Origin: Acholeplasmataceae bacterium
GTDB taxonomy: Bacteria > Bacillota_I > Bacilli_A > ML615J-28 > CAG-698
Direction of reading: 5' to 3'
DNA length: 48,742 nucleotides
NCBI GenBank assembly: GCA_012838705.1
Contig: DUOT01000137.1
Coordinates: 1 to 48,742, forward strand
The first letter of the stretch is position 1; each line of letters begins with the position of its first letter. The notes beneath the pieces are model-generated. The model made no database searches, was not told the DNA's origin, and worked only from the letters and a program-made list of their open reading frames with translations. Shown here one piece after another: positions 9,709 to 18,062 of this stretch. The position numbers and the translations under genes were made by a program.

Positions 9709-10647
9709 TTAATATCTACTCGTTCTTGTAGTTTTATAAGTGTTTAAGAGACGCAAGAAATGATTAGCTTCTCTTAATACATGATCCCCTAATAATGGGA
9801 TAATAATAGATTTAATTTTGCAATCCAATAATCCTTGTGTACCCTGTGCCTTAAAGTCCCGAATTTTTATTGTTTCCTTTAAACTTTCATTTGTAACTTG
9901 TGTAAATGAAATAGTATTATCAAGTGCTTGTAATGATTTTTCTGTTAATTCATCGAAAGTATTACCAAAGTTGTTTGCAACATTAAATAACTCTTCTTCA
10001 GTCGGGTCTAATAATCCACGAATGAATTTTGAATGTTCAGCCATGATTCTATTCCAGAAAGCTTCTTGTTCTAAGGCTTCAGTTTCAAGAGCTACAACTT
10101 CTCGGTTTTGTAAACTTTGTATCATTCTAACATATAACTTAGCTTCTCTTAATATATGTTCGATTAATAATGGATAATTTACAGTAAACATTTTACAAGA
10201 TAATACATTATTTAAAATTGTATTCTTAAATTTTATTAAAGAATTGCCTAATTGTATTCCTCTTTCATTAAGAGCATAAACTTCTTGTTCTTGACTTGAA
10301 GTTGCTCTAATTAAATCACCACGAACTAAACTTTGTTCAGCTACTGTAATATCCGTTGGAATATTGACTCCTGTGTAGAAAGCAGATGCCTTTTCGGCTT
10401 CTAGTGTATATTCAGTTACAATTTCACCTGATTGTAGAACATCACCTCGAACAATCCCATTAGATAAATAGATAACTTCCCTTAGAAAATTATCAAATGC
10501 TATTCTCAGTGAATTAGCTTTTTGAGTAAATTGTTTATCTCTTGGTGTAAATCCTAATTGTAAGAAAAATGAATGTTCTTTCATTATTCTAGCAAAGAAG
10601 AGATGTAACTCGAGTGATTTACGAACATAATCTACTGTTGATTGCAT
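9709..10647 (-). CDS. DUF2935-family protein (helical repeat, possibly metal-binding)
   Basis: 312 aa with repeated helical blocks (RIMKEHSFF, EHILREAKLY, RIMAEHSKF, DHVLREANHF), as I recall for DUF2935 proteins of Firmicutes. Confidence 0.45.
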   Translation of the reverse strand: MQSTVDYVRKSLELHLFFARIMKEHSFFLQLGFTPRDKQFTQKANSLRIAFDNFLREVIYLSNGIVRGDVLQSGEIVTEYTLEAEKASAFYTGVNIPTDITVAEQSLVRGDLIRATSSQEQEVYALNERGIQLGNSLIKFKNTILNNVLSCKMFTVNYPLLIEHILREAKLYVRMIQSLQNREVVALETEALEQEAFWNRIMAEHSKFIRGLLDPTEEELFNVANNFGNTFDELTEKSLQALDNTISFTQVTNESLKETIKIRDFKAQGTQGLLDCKIKSIIIPLLGDHVLREANHFLRLLNTYKTTRTSRY

Positions 10648-10803
10648 AATATATTCACCCCCTTAATAACAATATATGTGAAGAAAATTAAATACAACAC
10701 TAATTAGAAAAAATTACAGAATTAACCGTAAAATTATATTACAATATTAAATAATGAAAAATCAAAATATTGAAGGTAAAAATATAAAAAGAACCCTTAA
10801 ATA

Positions 10804-11316
10804 CTAATTAAGAGTTCTTTTTTCATGATCTTTAATTAAGTTTAAATCAACATGACAATATCCATAAGGATTCTTATCTAAATAATCTTGATGATATTCC
10901 TCCGCAAGATAATAATTCTTTTCCTTTTCAACTTCTACAGTAATTTTCTTTTTATATAGTTTTTGTTTTTCTTTAATAAACTTTTTTATTATTATTCTAT
11001 CTTCTTCATCTTGATAATAAACACCAGTGCGGTATTGGATTCCTACATCTTCACCTTGTTTATTTACACTTGTAGGATCAATAAATCTAAACATATGTTC
11101 AAGAATATCAGTAAGAGTTATAATGCTTGGATTATAATAAATCTCACAAGCCTCAGCATGATTTGCAATTTGAGCTTTTAATTCTTCATATTTTGGATTT
11201 TTTATATTACCATTAGCATAACCTACTGTTGTTTTATGTACCCCTTTAAGACTTTTAAAATAAGCCTCAACACCCCAAAAACAACCACCAGCAATTAATA
11301 TTCTTTTTAGTTTCAT
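10804..11316 (-). CDS. msrA: Peptide-methionine (S)-S-oxide reductase
   Basis: GGCFWG active-site motif and a YHQDYL block. ATG at 11316 lies 6 nt after GAGG; the track start at 11322 is a TTG. Confidence 0.9.
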   Translation of the reverse strand: MKLKRILIAGGCFWGVEAYFKSLKGVHKTTVGYANGNIKNPKYEELKAQIANHAEACEIYYNPSIITLTDILEHMFRFIDPTSVNKQGEDVGIQYRTGVYYQDEEDRIIIKKFIKEKQKLYKKKITVEVEKEKNYYLAEEYHQDYLDKNPYGYCHVDLNLIKDHEKRTLN

Positions 11317-11384
11317 AATCAACCTCTTTTAATAAATATTGATAATATATTTTACCATATTAATATTAATAAATCAAAAAAATA

Positions 11385-11444
11385 TTGACATTTATAAAAA
11401 TAAATGGTAAAATAATTTGAAGTTCAAAATATTTGAATATCAAA
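11385..11444 (+). promoter_or_regulatory. Promoter plus two tandem FabT-type palindromic operators
   Basis: TTGACA (11385-11390), 17 nt, TAAAAT (11408-11413). This is followed by TTTGAAGTTCAAA (11416-11428) and TTTGAATATCAAA (11432-11444). The same architecture recurs at 29896-29955 on the minus strand. Confidence 0.65.
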
Positions 11445-11462
11445 GTATTGAAAGGGGAAAAC

Positions 11463-12317
11463 ATGAAAACCAAAATTGCAATTTTAACTGATAGTTCATC
11501 ATCTTTATATACTGTTAATCACAAATATGACAATCTCTTTATGATTAATTTACCATGTTTTATCGGTGATGAAATGTTTACTAATTTTGAGGAAAATGGG
11601 GATGGACCATTTTATGAAGCATTAGCTAATACTGATTTGATTGCGAAAACATCACAACCATCTGTTGGTGAAACTATTGTTGTATTTGAGAAAATTAAAT
11701 CATTAGGATATACAGATATTATTTATCTTCCAATTTCAAAAGAATTAAGTGGAACATACGAAAATGGACACTTAGCAAAAGGAATGGTAGAAGGTATAAA
11801 TGTTGAAGTGGTTAGTACACTTACAACTGTATCTATATTAAGTAGAATGGCTTTAACTGCTGCTGAAATGGCAAATAAGGGTAGTACAGTTGAAGAAATC
11901 CTTGATAGAATCGAAAGCCTAAAAAAACAATGGGGATACTATATTACAGTTGGTGATTTAACTGCTTTAGTTAAAAATGGACGTTTATCAAATCCTAAGA
12001 GTTTTATTGCAAATTTACTAAAAATTAAACCTGTAATTAAATTTAACCAAGAAGGAAAATTAATAGCATTAAAAAATGTTCGTCATTTTAATCGTGCTAT
12101 AAAACAGATTGTTGAAACGGTAGTAGAAGAAGTTAATGCAGAAAACGGTGAAATACATATTGCTTATACAAACAATACTGAAGATGTAGAGTTTGTTAAA
12201 GAGTTGATAAAAGAAAAATTACCAAATGCTAAGATTGAAGTATATACACTTCCAGCAACAGTAGTTGCTCACGTAGGATTAAAAGCAATCGGAGTAGGAT
12301 ATATAAATAATAACTAA
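11463..12317 (+). CDS. DegV-family fatty-acid-binding protein (FakB-like), paralogue 1
   Basis: N-terminal [11 protein letters not shown] and TSQPS motifs of the DegV family. ATG at 11463 follows an AAAGGGGA RBS. The track start at 11433 is a TTG inside the operator. Confidence 0.85.
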   Translation: MKTKIAILTDSSSSLYTVNHKYDNLFMINLPCFIGDEMFTNFEENGDGPFYEALANTDLIAKTSQPSVGETIVVFEKIKSLGYTDIIYLPISKELSGTYENGHLAKGMVEGINVEVVSTLTTVSILSRMALTAAEMANKGSTVEEILDRIESLKKQWGYYITVGDLTALVKNGRLSNPKSFIANLLKIKPVIKFNQEGKLIALKNVRHFNRAIKQIVETVVEEVNAENGEIHIAYTNNTEDVEFVKELIKEKLPNAKIEVYTLPATVVAHVGLKAIGVGYINNN

Positions 12318-12320
12318 TAA

Positions 12321-12349
12321 AAACTGACGAATAACATCGTCAGTTTTCG
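12321..12349 (+). terminator. Rho-independent terminator
   Basis: AAACTGACGA / TCGTCAGTTT stem followed by TTTTCG. Confidence 0.7.
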
Positions 12350-12409
12350 ATAAATAGTCTTTAAAATCAACATCATTTATGCTATAATACTTGAAGGGAT
12401 GTGAGCAAT

Positions 12410-13243
12410 ATGTATGAAATACTAAATAAAAGATACTTAAAAGAAAACATTATTTTATTAGAGATAAAGGCCCCATTAGTTGCCATAAATGCAAAGCCGG
12501 GGCAATTTGTCATTTTACGAGTTGATGAAAATGGAGAAAGAATTCCACTTACGATATTTGATAAAACAGAAGAATCAATAAGTGTTATTTATCAAGTAGT
12601 TGGAGCAACAACAAAAAAATTAAGTACTCTTAATGTTGGTGACTGTCTATGTGATTTTGTTGGTCCATTAGGAAAGGCTACTAATACAAAAGATATTAAA
12701 AATGCAATTGTTATAGGTGGTGGGATAGGTTGTGCTATAGCTTATCCTATTGCTAAGAAATTGATAAAAGAAGGAGCTAAAGTTACAAATATTATTGGAT
12801 TTAGAAATAAAGATTTTGTAATTTTAGAAAATGAATTTAAAGCATTAAATGCTTCTCTTTACATAACAACAGATGACGGTTCATATGGGGAAAAAGGAGT
12901 TGTTACAAATCCTTTACGTAAACTCTTAGAAAGAAACACTTATGATTGTGTATATGCAATTGGCCCTCTACCAATGATGAAATATGTCGCCCTCACAACA
13001 AAAAAGTTTAATGTAAAGACATTAGTGAGTATGAATTCAATTATGATTGATGGGACAGGAATGTGTGGTGGTTGTAGGATAAAAGTTGGTAGTGATTTGA
13101 AATTTGCTTGTGTAGATGGTCCTGAGTTTGATGGGCATTTAGTAGACTTTGATGAAGCAATAATAAGAAATGGATTTTATAATAATGTTGAAAAAGACAA
13201 ACATGAAGATGTGTGCAGATTACTAGGAGATATCAATGAATAG
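12410..13243 (+). CDS. nfnA: NfnA-like ferredoxin-NADP oxidoreductase small subunit (PyrK-type FAD/[2Fe-2S])
   Basis: About 277 aa. FAD/NAD-binding fold and a C-terminal cluster motif GTGMCGGCR...ACVDGPEF. It overlaps the partner gene. TGcTATAAT extended -10 at about 12379-12387. Confidence 0.7.
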   Translation: MYEILNKRYLKENIILLEIKAPLVAINAKPGQFVILRVDENGERIPLTIFDKTEESISVIYQVVGATTKKLSTLNVGDCLCDFVGPLGKATNTKDIKNAIVIGGGIGCAIAYPIAKKLIKEGAKVTNIIGFRNKDFVILENEFKALNASLYITTDDGSYGEKGVVTNPLRKLLERNTYDCVYAIGPLPMMKYVALTTKKFNVKTLVSMNSIMIDGTGMCGGCRIKVGSDLKFACVDGPEFDGHLVDFDEAIIRNGFYNNVEKDKHEDVCRLLGDINE

Positions 13244-14582
13244 ACAAATAATGCCGACACAAGATCCAAAAAAAAGAATTAATAATTTTAATGAGGTAAA
13301 TTTAGGATATTCAAAGGAAGAAGCAATTTTAGAAGCGAAAAGGTGTTTGGATTGTAAGAAACCAAAATGTGTTGAAGGTTGTCCTGTAAATATAAATATT
13401 CCTTTATTTATTAAAAATATTATTGAAGACAATATTAATAAAGCATATGAAGTAATAACAAATAATAATCTTTTTCCAAGTATTTGTGGGAGGGTATGTC
13501 CTCAAGAATTACAATGCGAGAAGCAGTGTATTCGTGGCATTAAAGGCGAAAGTGTTGCAATTGGAAATTTAGAAAGATATGTTGGGGATAATGCTGAATA
13601 TGAATTATATAAAGAACCAAGTAATAATATTAAAGTTGCAATTGTTGGTTCGGGGCCTGCAGGTCTTTCTTGTGCTAGTACATTAAGACAAAAAGGATAT
13701 GATGTTACTGTTTTTGAAGCTCTACATAAAGTAGGTGGAGTATTAAGATATGGGATACCTGAATTTCGCTTACCTAAAAAAATTGTAGATAATGAAACGG
13801 AAAAACTAAAAAAACTTGGAGTAAGGTTTATTAGTAATGTTGTAATTGGAAAAACAATTACAATTGATCAACTTTTCATGCAAGGCTTTAAAGCTATATA
13901 TATCGGAACAGGTGCTGGGCTTCCAAGATTTTTAAATGTTCCTGGAGAAAATTTAAATGGAGTTTTCTCTGCTAATGAATACCTAACAAGAATTAACTTA
14001 ATGGAAGCATATAAAGAAGAAAGCACAACACCAATAGTAGAAGCAAAAACAGTTTGTGTAGTTGGTGGTGGAAATGTTGCTATGGATGCAGCTAGATGTG
14101 CAAGAAGAATGAATGCTGATGTATATGTTATTTACAGAAGATCAAAAAATGAAATGCCAGCAAGACTTGAAGAAATAAAACATGCTGAAGAGGAAGGAAT
14201 AAAGTTTATATTCTTAGCCAATCCTATAGAAATAATCGGAAACGAAAAGGTAGAAAAAATTAAATGTATTAAAATGGAACTTAAAGAAGCTGATAGTAGT
14301 GGCAGAAAAACTCCTGTACCAATACCTAATAGCGAATTTGCAATTGATACTGATGCTGTAATTCTAGCCTTAGGTAACTATCCTAATCCATTATTAAAAA
14401 ATACAGATAATTTAAACTTTAATAAATGGGGATGTATTGAAGTTGATGAAAACCTAGCTACTTCAATTCCAGGAGTATTTGCTGGTGGTGATGTTGTTAC
14501 TGGTGCAGCAACAGTAATTAAAGCAATGGAAGCAGGACAAATAGCAGCAAAATCTATAATAAATTATTTAAACCAAGAATAA
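13236..14582 (+). CDS. nfnB: NfnB-like / glutamate-synthase-small-chain-type NADPH oxidoreductase subunit
   Basis: N-terminal Cys clusters (CLDCKKPKCVEGCP, CGRVCPQELQCEKQC). Two dinucleotide-binding motifs (VGSGPAGL, VVGGGNVAMD). 8-nt overlap with nfnA. Confidence 0.75.
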   Translation: MNRQIMPTQDPKKRINNFNEVNLGYSKEEAILEAKRCLDCKKPKCVEGCPVNINIPLFIKNIIEDNINKAYEVITNNNLFPSICGRVCPQELQCEKQCIRGIKGESVAIGNLERYVGDNAEYELYKEPSNNIKVAIVGSGPAGLSCASTLRQKGYDVTVFEALHKVGGVLRYGIPEFRLPKKIVDNETEKLKKLGVRFISNVVIGKTITIDQLFMQGFKAIYIGTGAGLPRFLNVPGENLNGVFSANEYLTRINLMEAYKEESTTPIVEAKTVCVVGGGNVAMDAARCARRMNADVYVIYRRSKNEMPARLEEIKHAEEEGIKFIFLANPIEIIGNEKVEKIKCIKMELKEADSSGRKTPVPIPNSEFAIDTDAVILALGNYPNPLLKNTDNLNFNKWGCIEVDENLATSIPGVFAGGDVVTGAATVIKAMEAGQIAAKSIINYLNQE

Positions 14583-14597
14583 AATCTTGGTTATTTT
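14571..14597 (+). terminator. Rho-independent terminator overlapping the nfnB stop
   Basis: AACCAAGA-ataaaa-TCTTGGTT stem followed by ATTTT. Confidence 0.6.
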
Positions 14598-14600
14598 AAT

Positions 14601-14658
14601 TAATACCTTGACAGATTAGGTATTATTGAATATAATATACATAGGCAGCTTAGGTATT
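14601..14658 (+). promoter_or_regulatory. Consensus promoter with candidate PadR operator
   Basis: TTGACA (14608-14613), 17 nt, TATAAT (14631-14636). Perfect 8-bp inverted repeat TAATACCT-N9-AGGTATTA (14601-14625) across the -35 box. The 9-mer TTAGGTATT is repeated at 14616-14624 and 14650-14658. Confidence 0.6.
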
Positions 14659-14678
14659 GGAAATAAAGAGGTGATTAA

Positions 14679-15023
14679 ATGAGCTTAACAGGAGATTTTT
14701 TAAGAGGCCATACAGATGCAATAATACTGTCATTACTTGAAAAAGAAGATTCATATGGTTATATGATTAATCGTGAAATTAGTGAAATTAGCAATCATGA
14801 ATTTATGTTAACAGAAGCAACTTTATATACTGCTTTTAAAAGGTTAGAAAAAGAAGGGCTAATAACATCATATTGGAAAGAAGGACACAATAATCTAAAA
14901 AGGAAATACTATTCAATAACTAATTTGGGTAGGAAATATTTATTTAATCATCGTAAAGATTGGAAAGCTGCAAACATTATAATTAACAAGTTTTTGGAGG
15001 GGGAAAATGGAACAAAAGATTAA
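14679..15023 (+). CDS. PadR-family transcriptional regulator
   Basis: 114 aa. Winged-helix blocks (LRGHTDAIILSLL....YGY.I, LYTAFKRLEKEGLI..YW) are typical of PadR. Confidence 0.85.
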   Translation: MSLTGDFLRGHTDAIILSLLEKEDSYGYMINREISEISNHEFMLTEATLYTAFKRLEKEGLITSYWKEGHNNLKRKYYSITNLGRKYLFNHRKDWKAANIIINKFLEGENGTKD

Positions 15024-16188
15024 AGATTATGTCGATTATCATTTTCGTTTTGACACTAGAGATGATATTGAAGAATTAAAAGCAGAAATTATTGCTAATT
15101 TAATTGATCGTTATCACGATAATTTAAAAAGTGGTAAAGATAAAGAAGAAGCATATATTGATGCAATAAAACAAATGGGAGATTTTAATACAGAAGAAGC
15201 AAATGAATATAAGATTAAACCATCAATTGCTGATGTATCTTTATTAATCGCTTCAATATTAAGTGTCTTTGGTTTATTAATAATGTTTGTGAATATGCTT
15301 GTTGGCTCATTAATTACAGTTATAAGTATAGGAGCATTTAGTGGAGCAAGTTATTATTTGTATTCAAACTCGCAATATTATAAACAAAATTATATGGATA
15401 TCGAAACTCATCATTTACTACTTAGTAAAATATATAAATGGATGAAAACATGCTTTACTTTCTGGACTATTAGTATTTCAATATTAATATCTAGTATAAT
15501 TGTAAATATATTATCTGATCTTGCACTAATAGATATAATAAATGAACCGTCTTTAGGTAATATAGAAGAATTAATAATTCTATTAATAGTTATATTTATT
15601 ATTGTATTTATCGTTGTTGCATTAATATTTATTAAATTATATCAAATACTTATGAATAAATATTATTATTTAACTGGGAAGAAATCACCAAAAAGCATGT
15701 TATCTGATTCACTAACATTTTTAAATGGTGAAAAATTATCAATAAAACGGATAGTAAATTCGAAATTATTTCTATCTATATTTGGTTTAATAATAATGAT
15801 AATAACATTATGTTTTACACTTTATGTAGAAGATTTATACAGTGGAAGTTCATCATCAGGACCACTTTTCTTAATGTTTGATTATGGACATAGGTGGGCA
15901 AAAATAATGCTTGCGATATTATTAATTCAATTTTTTGCGATCCATATTTTATCATTTTACAAACGAGATTTAAAAAATATATTTTTAGTAATATCAGAGT
16001 ATGGTTTATATTCAGGAATATTAATTTATATAACACATATAAGTAAAATAGAAATCAGATATTTTGGGCGTCCAATGCCTAGATATGAAATTGATTCAGG
16101 AATTTATGTAGGATTAATTATAAGTATAATTTTTTATACTTTAATTGTTGCGGGATTATTCATTAGAAAAATGAGAAAAAAGAAGTAA
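15007..16188 (+). CDS. PadR-associated polytopic membrane protein
   Basis: 17-nt overlap with padR and a GGAGGGGG RBS. The soluble helical N-terminal domain of about 70 aa resembles the DUF1700 / permease-prefix type found next to PadR genes. Multiple TM segments follow. Confidence 0.55.
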   Translation: MEQKIKDYVDYHFRFDTRDDIEELKAEIIANLIDRYHDNLKSGKDKEEAYIDAIKQMGDFNTEEANEYKIKPSIADVSLLIASILSVFGLLIMFVNMLVGSLITVISIGAFSGASYYLYSNSQYYKQNYMDIETHHLLLSKIYKWMKTCFTFWTISISILISSIIVNILSDLALIDIINEPSLGNIEELIILLIVIFIIVFIVVALIFIKLYQILMNKYYYLTGKKSPKSMLSDSLTFLNGEKLSIKRIVNSKLFLSIFGLIIMIITLCFTLYVEDLYSGSSSSGPLFLMFDYGHRWAKIMLAILLIQFFAIHILSFYKRDLKNIFLVISEYGLYSGILIYITHISKIEIRYFGRPMPRYEIDSGIYVGLIISIIFYTLIVAGLFIRKMRKKK

Positions 16189-16191
16189 AAT

Positions 16192-16219
16192 AAAAATCCG
16201 GTTAACCCGGATTTTTTTT
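16192..16219. terminator. Bidirectional terminator between convergent genes
   Basis: AAAAATCCGG-ttaac-CCGGATTTTTTTT. Confidence 0.75.
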
Positions 16220-16697
16220 ATTCTAAATGATTTTGAAGTCGTGTCATAATGTCATTATAACCCTCAGCTTCAAATTCAGCATATTTTTGACCTTCACGAA
16301 CTCTAATAGAAATTAATGTAGGAGTTGTGCCGATATATAATTCTTCCCAATTAGTTACATCATTAATAAATGATTTGCCATTAGCCCCTTGTCCATTATC
16401 GCCTTCATATTTACGAGCTATTATTGAATTTTGTTCTTTAGAAATATTTAGACCATAAACAGTACTTTTGTTTTTATAGTCTTTCTCTTCTTTAATAACA
16501 TATAAATAACTTTCAATGATTGGTAGTGTTTGTTCACATTCTTCGCAATCATCTTCATAAATATAAACAAAATAACTTTTGTCTTCTAGATTAAATAACT
16601 CTTCACCATTAATGTTTTTTAGTGATGATTTACGTGCACATCCTCCCATAATAATTATTGTAGAGAGCAATAATAATAAAAATACTAATTTCTTCAT
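16218..16697 (-). CDS. Thioredoxin-fold lipoprotein (CxxC)
   Basis: Signal peptide with lipobox M-G-G-C. CEEC redox motif in the context YIYEDDCEECEQ. Downstream TTPTL (cis-Pro loop) is typical of thioredoxin-like proteins. Confidence 0.6.
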   Translation of the reverse strand: MKKLVFLLLLLSTIIIMGGCARKSSLKNINGEELFNLEDKSYFVYIYEDDCEECEQTLPIIESYLYVIKEEKDYKNKSTVYGLNISKEQNSIIARKYEGDNGQGANGKSFINDVTNWEELYIGTTPTLISIRVREGQKYAEFEAEGYNDIMTRLQNHLE

Positions 16698-16700
16698 AAT

Positions 16701-17693
16701 CTAATTCCTTTCGTCGATTGTATATATTTTAATATTTTTAGGTGTTCTGTGAATTATCATTTGATGGTCTAAATGGGGGGACCTTTTAAAACCATTCTTA
16801 AGTAAGACTTTACCTGAGTGAATATTTTCTTCAACATGGCCAGCTATGATTAGTTTTTTACCATTTTGTTTTAAATATTCCACAAATACTCTAACAGCTT
16901 CAGAAGTATATCCTTGACGCCAATATTTTTCAGAAATAGCATATACGATCTGACAAGTATCTTCAGTTAAATCATATCTTGAAAGACCTATATATCCAAT
17001 AACTTTTTGTTCTAATTTTAATTCAATTGCAAGTTTAAATATTAATTTATTTTGATAATCATTAGTTGCTTTTGTAATTGCTTTAACTGCTTCCTTTTTA
17101 CTCTTTAACCTGCTAAATGAAAGGTACTTACAAACCTTTTTGCTTTTAAAAACATAATAATAATCATTAGCATCTAAAAGTTTAAACTCACGAATAATTA
17201 AACGATTAGTTTCGATTGGAGCAAAATATATATACTGAGATTTAATTTTCGCATCTAAACTTTTAAGAAAATTTTGTGTTTCTTTTTTTGATATAAAAAT
17301 ATATCTAGTAGATCTTTTATGTTTTGTATATATACATTTTTGCCCTTTCAAAAATATTTTATACGCTAAACCTAATGTAAAGGCAAGAGATATAAAAAAT
17401 GTAAATACAAGAAATATGTATTGGTCATGATTTACCAAATTTCTTGTATTTTCGTTTATAAAGACAGCCCAAAAGATTACTAATGTAGTTAGCAAAAAAG
17501 TGATAAAAGGGAAATAAAGCCCCCAGAATGTAAAGTTACGGATATTGTTTAGATAGGATGTCCTTAACTTCCCTAAATCAAGATTTGCTATGTTTTTAAT
17601 GCTAAGATTTTTATTTCGATAAATAATAGCATTTTTCAAGGATAATTTATTACTTTTAGTCTTTCTAACACCTTTCATATAGTAATTATACAC
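16701..17693 (-). CDS. Membrane-anchored GNAT (RimJ/RimL-like) N-acetyltransferase
   Basis: Two N-terminal TM helices followed by a C-terminal acetyltransferase fold (ETNRLIIREF..., IGYIGL, EKYWRQGYTSEA, VEENIHSGKVLLKNGF). The start is uncertain: GTG at 17693 or ATG at 17678. Confidence 0.6.
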   Translation of the reverse strand: MYNYYMKGVRKTKSNKLSLKNAIIYRNKNLSIKNIANLDLGKLRTSYLNNIRNFTFWGLYFPFITFLLTTLVIFWAVFINENTRNLVNHDQYIFLVFTFFISLAFTLGLAYKIFLKGQKCIYTKHKRSTRYIFISKKETQNFLKSLDAKIKSQYIYFAPIETNRLIIREFKLLDANDYYYVFKSKKVCKYLSFSRLKSKKEAVKAITKATNDYQNKLIFKLAIELKLEQKVIGYIGLSRYDLTEDTCQIVYAISEKYWRQGYTSEAVRVFVEYLKQNGKKLIIAGHVEENIHSGKVLLKNGFKRSPHLDHQMIIHRTPKNIKIYTIDERN

Positions 17694-17705
17694 TAAATTA
17701 AATAA

Positions 17706-17993
17706 TTAATAAAGTCTTTTATTGAAAAAGATTGTAATAATAAACCAGCAACCTATTACAACTAAAAATACTTTTAAGGTTCTAATATGAACAAAAATTA
17801 AACAGCAAAACACAGCAATGAGATAAATGCTTAGAATAATCAATTCTAAATATATAAAAGGATGTCGCCTAAATCCTTTTAGAATAATAAAAGTACCAAC
17901 AACACCGATTAGTGTTAAATATAATACAACATCACCTAGAATCCAAAAAGCAAGAAAAGATGCAATGAAGGTTATAAGATATATCATTCTCAT
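17706..17993 (-). CDS. Small membrane protein (3 TM), unknown function
   Basis: 95 aa and hydrophobic. GGAGGGA RBS 5 nt upstream of the ATG. TATAAT-like -10 upstream. First gene of a tightly packed 3-gene unit. Confidence 0.5.
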   Translation of the reverse strand: MRMIYLITFIASFLAFWILGDVVLYLTLIGVVGTFIILKGFRRHPFIYLELIILSIYLIAVFCCLIFVHIRTLKVFLVVIGCWFIITIFFNKRLY

Positions 17994-18033
17994 AATATCC
18001 CTCCATTACAATGTATTACAAATTTCTCATATT

Positions 18034-18062
18034 ATAATAAAAAAGTGATAAAAATCACTTTT
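18034..18062 (-). terminator. Rho-independent terminator overlapping the stop codon
   Basis: The minus strand reads AAAAGTGAT-tttt-ATCACTTTT followed by TTATTAT. Confidence 0.65.
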
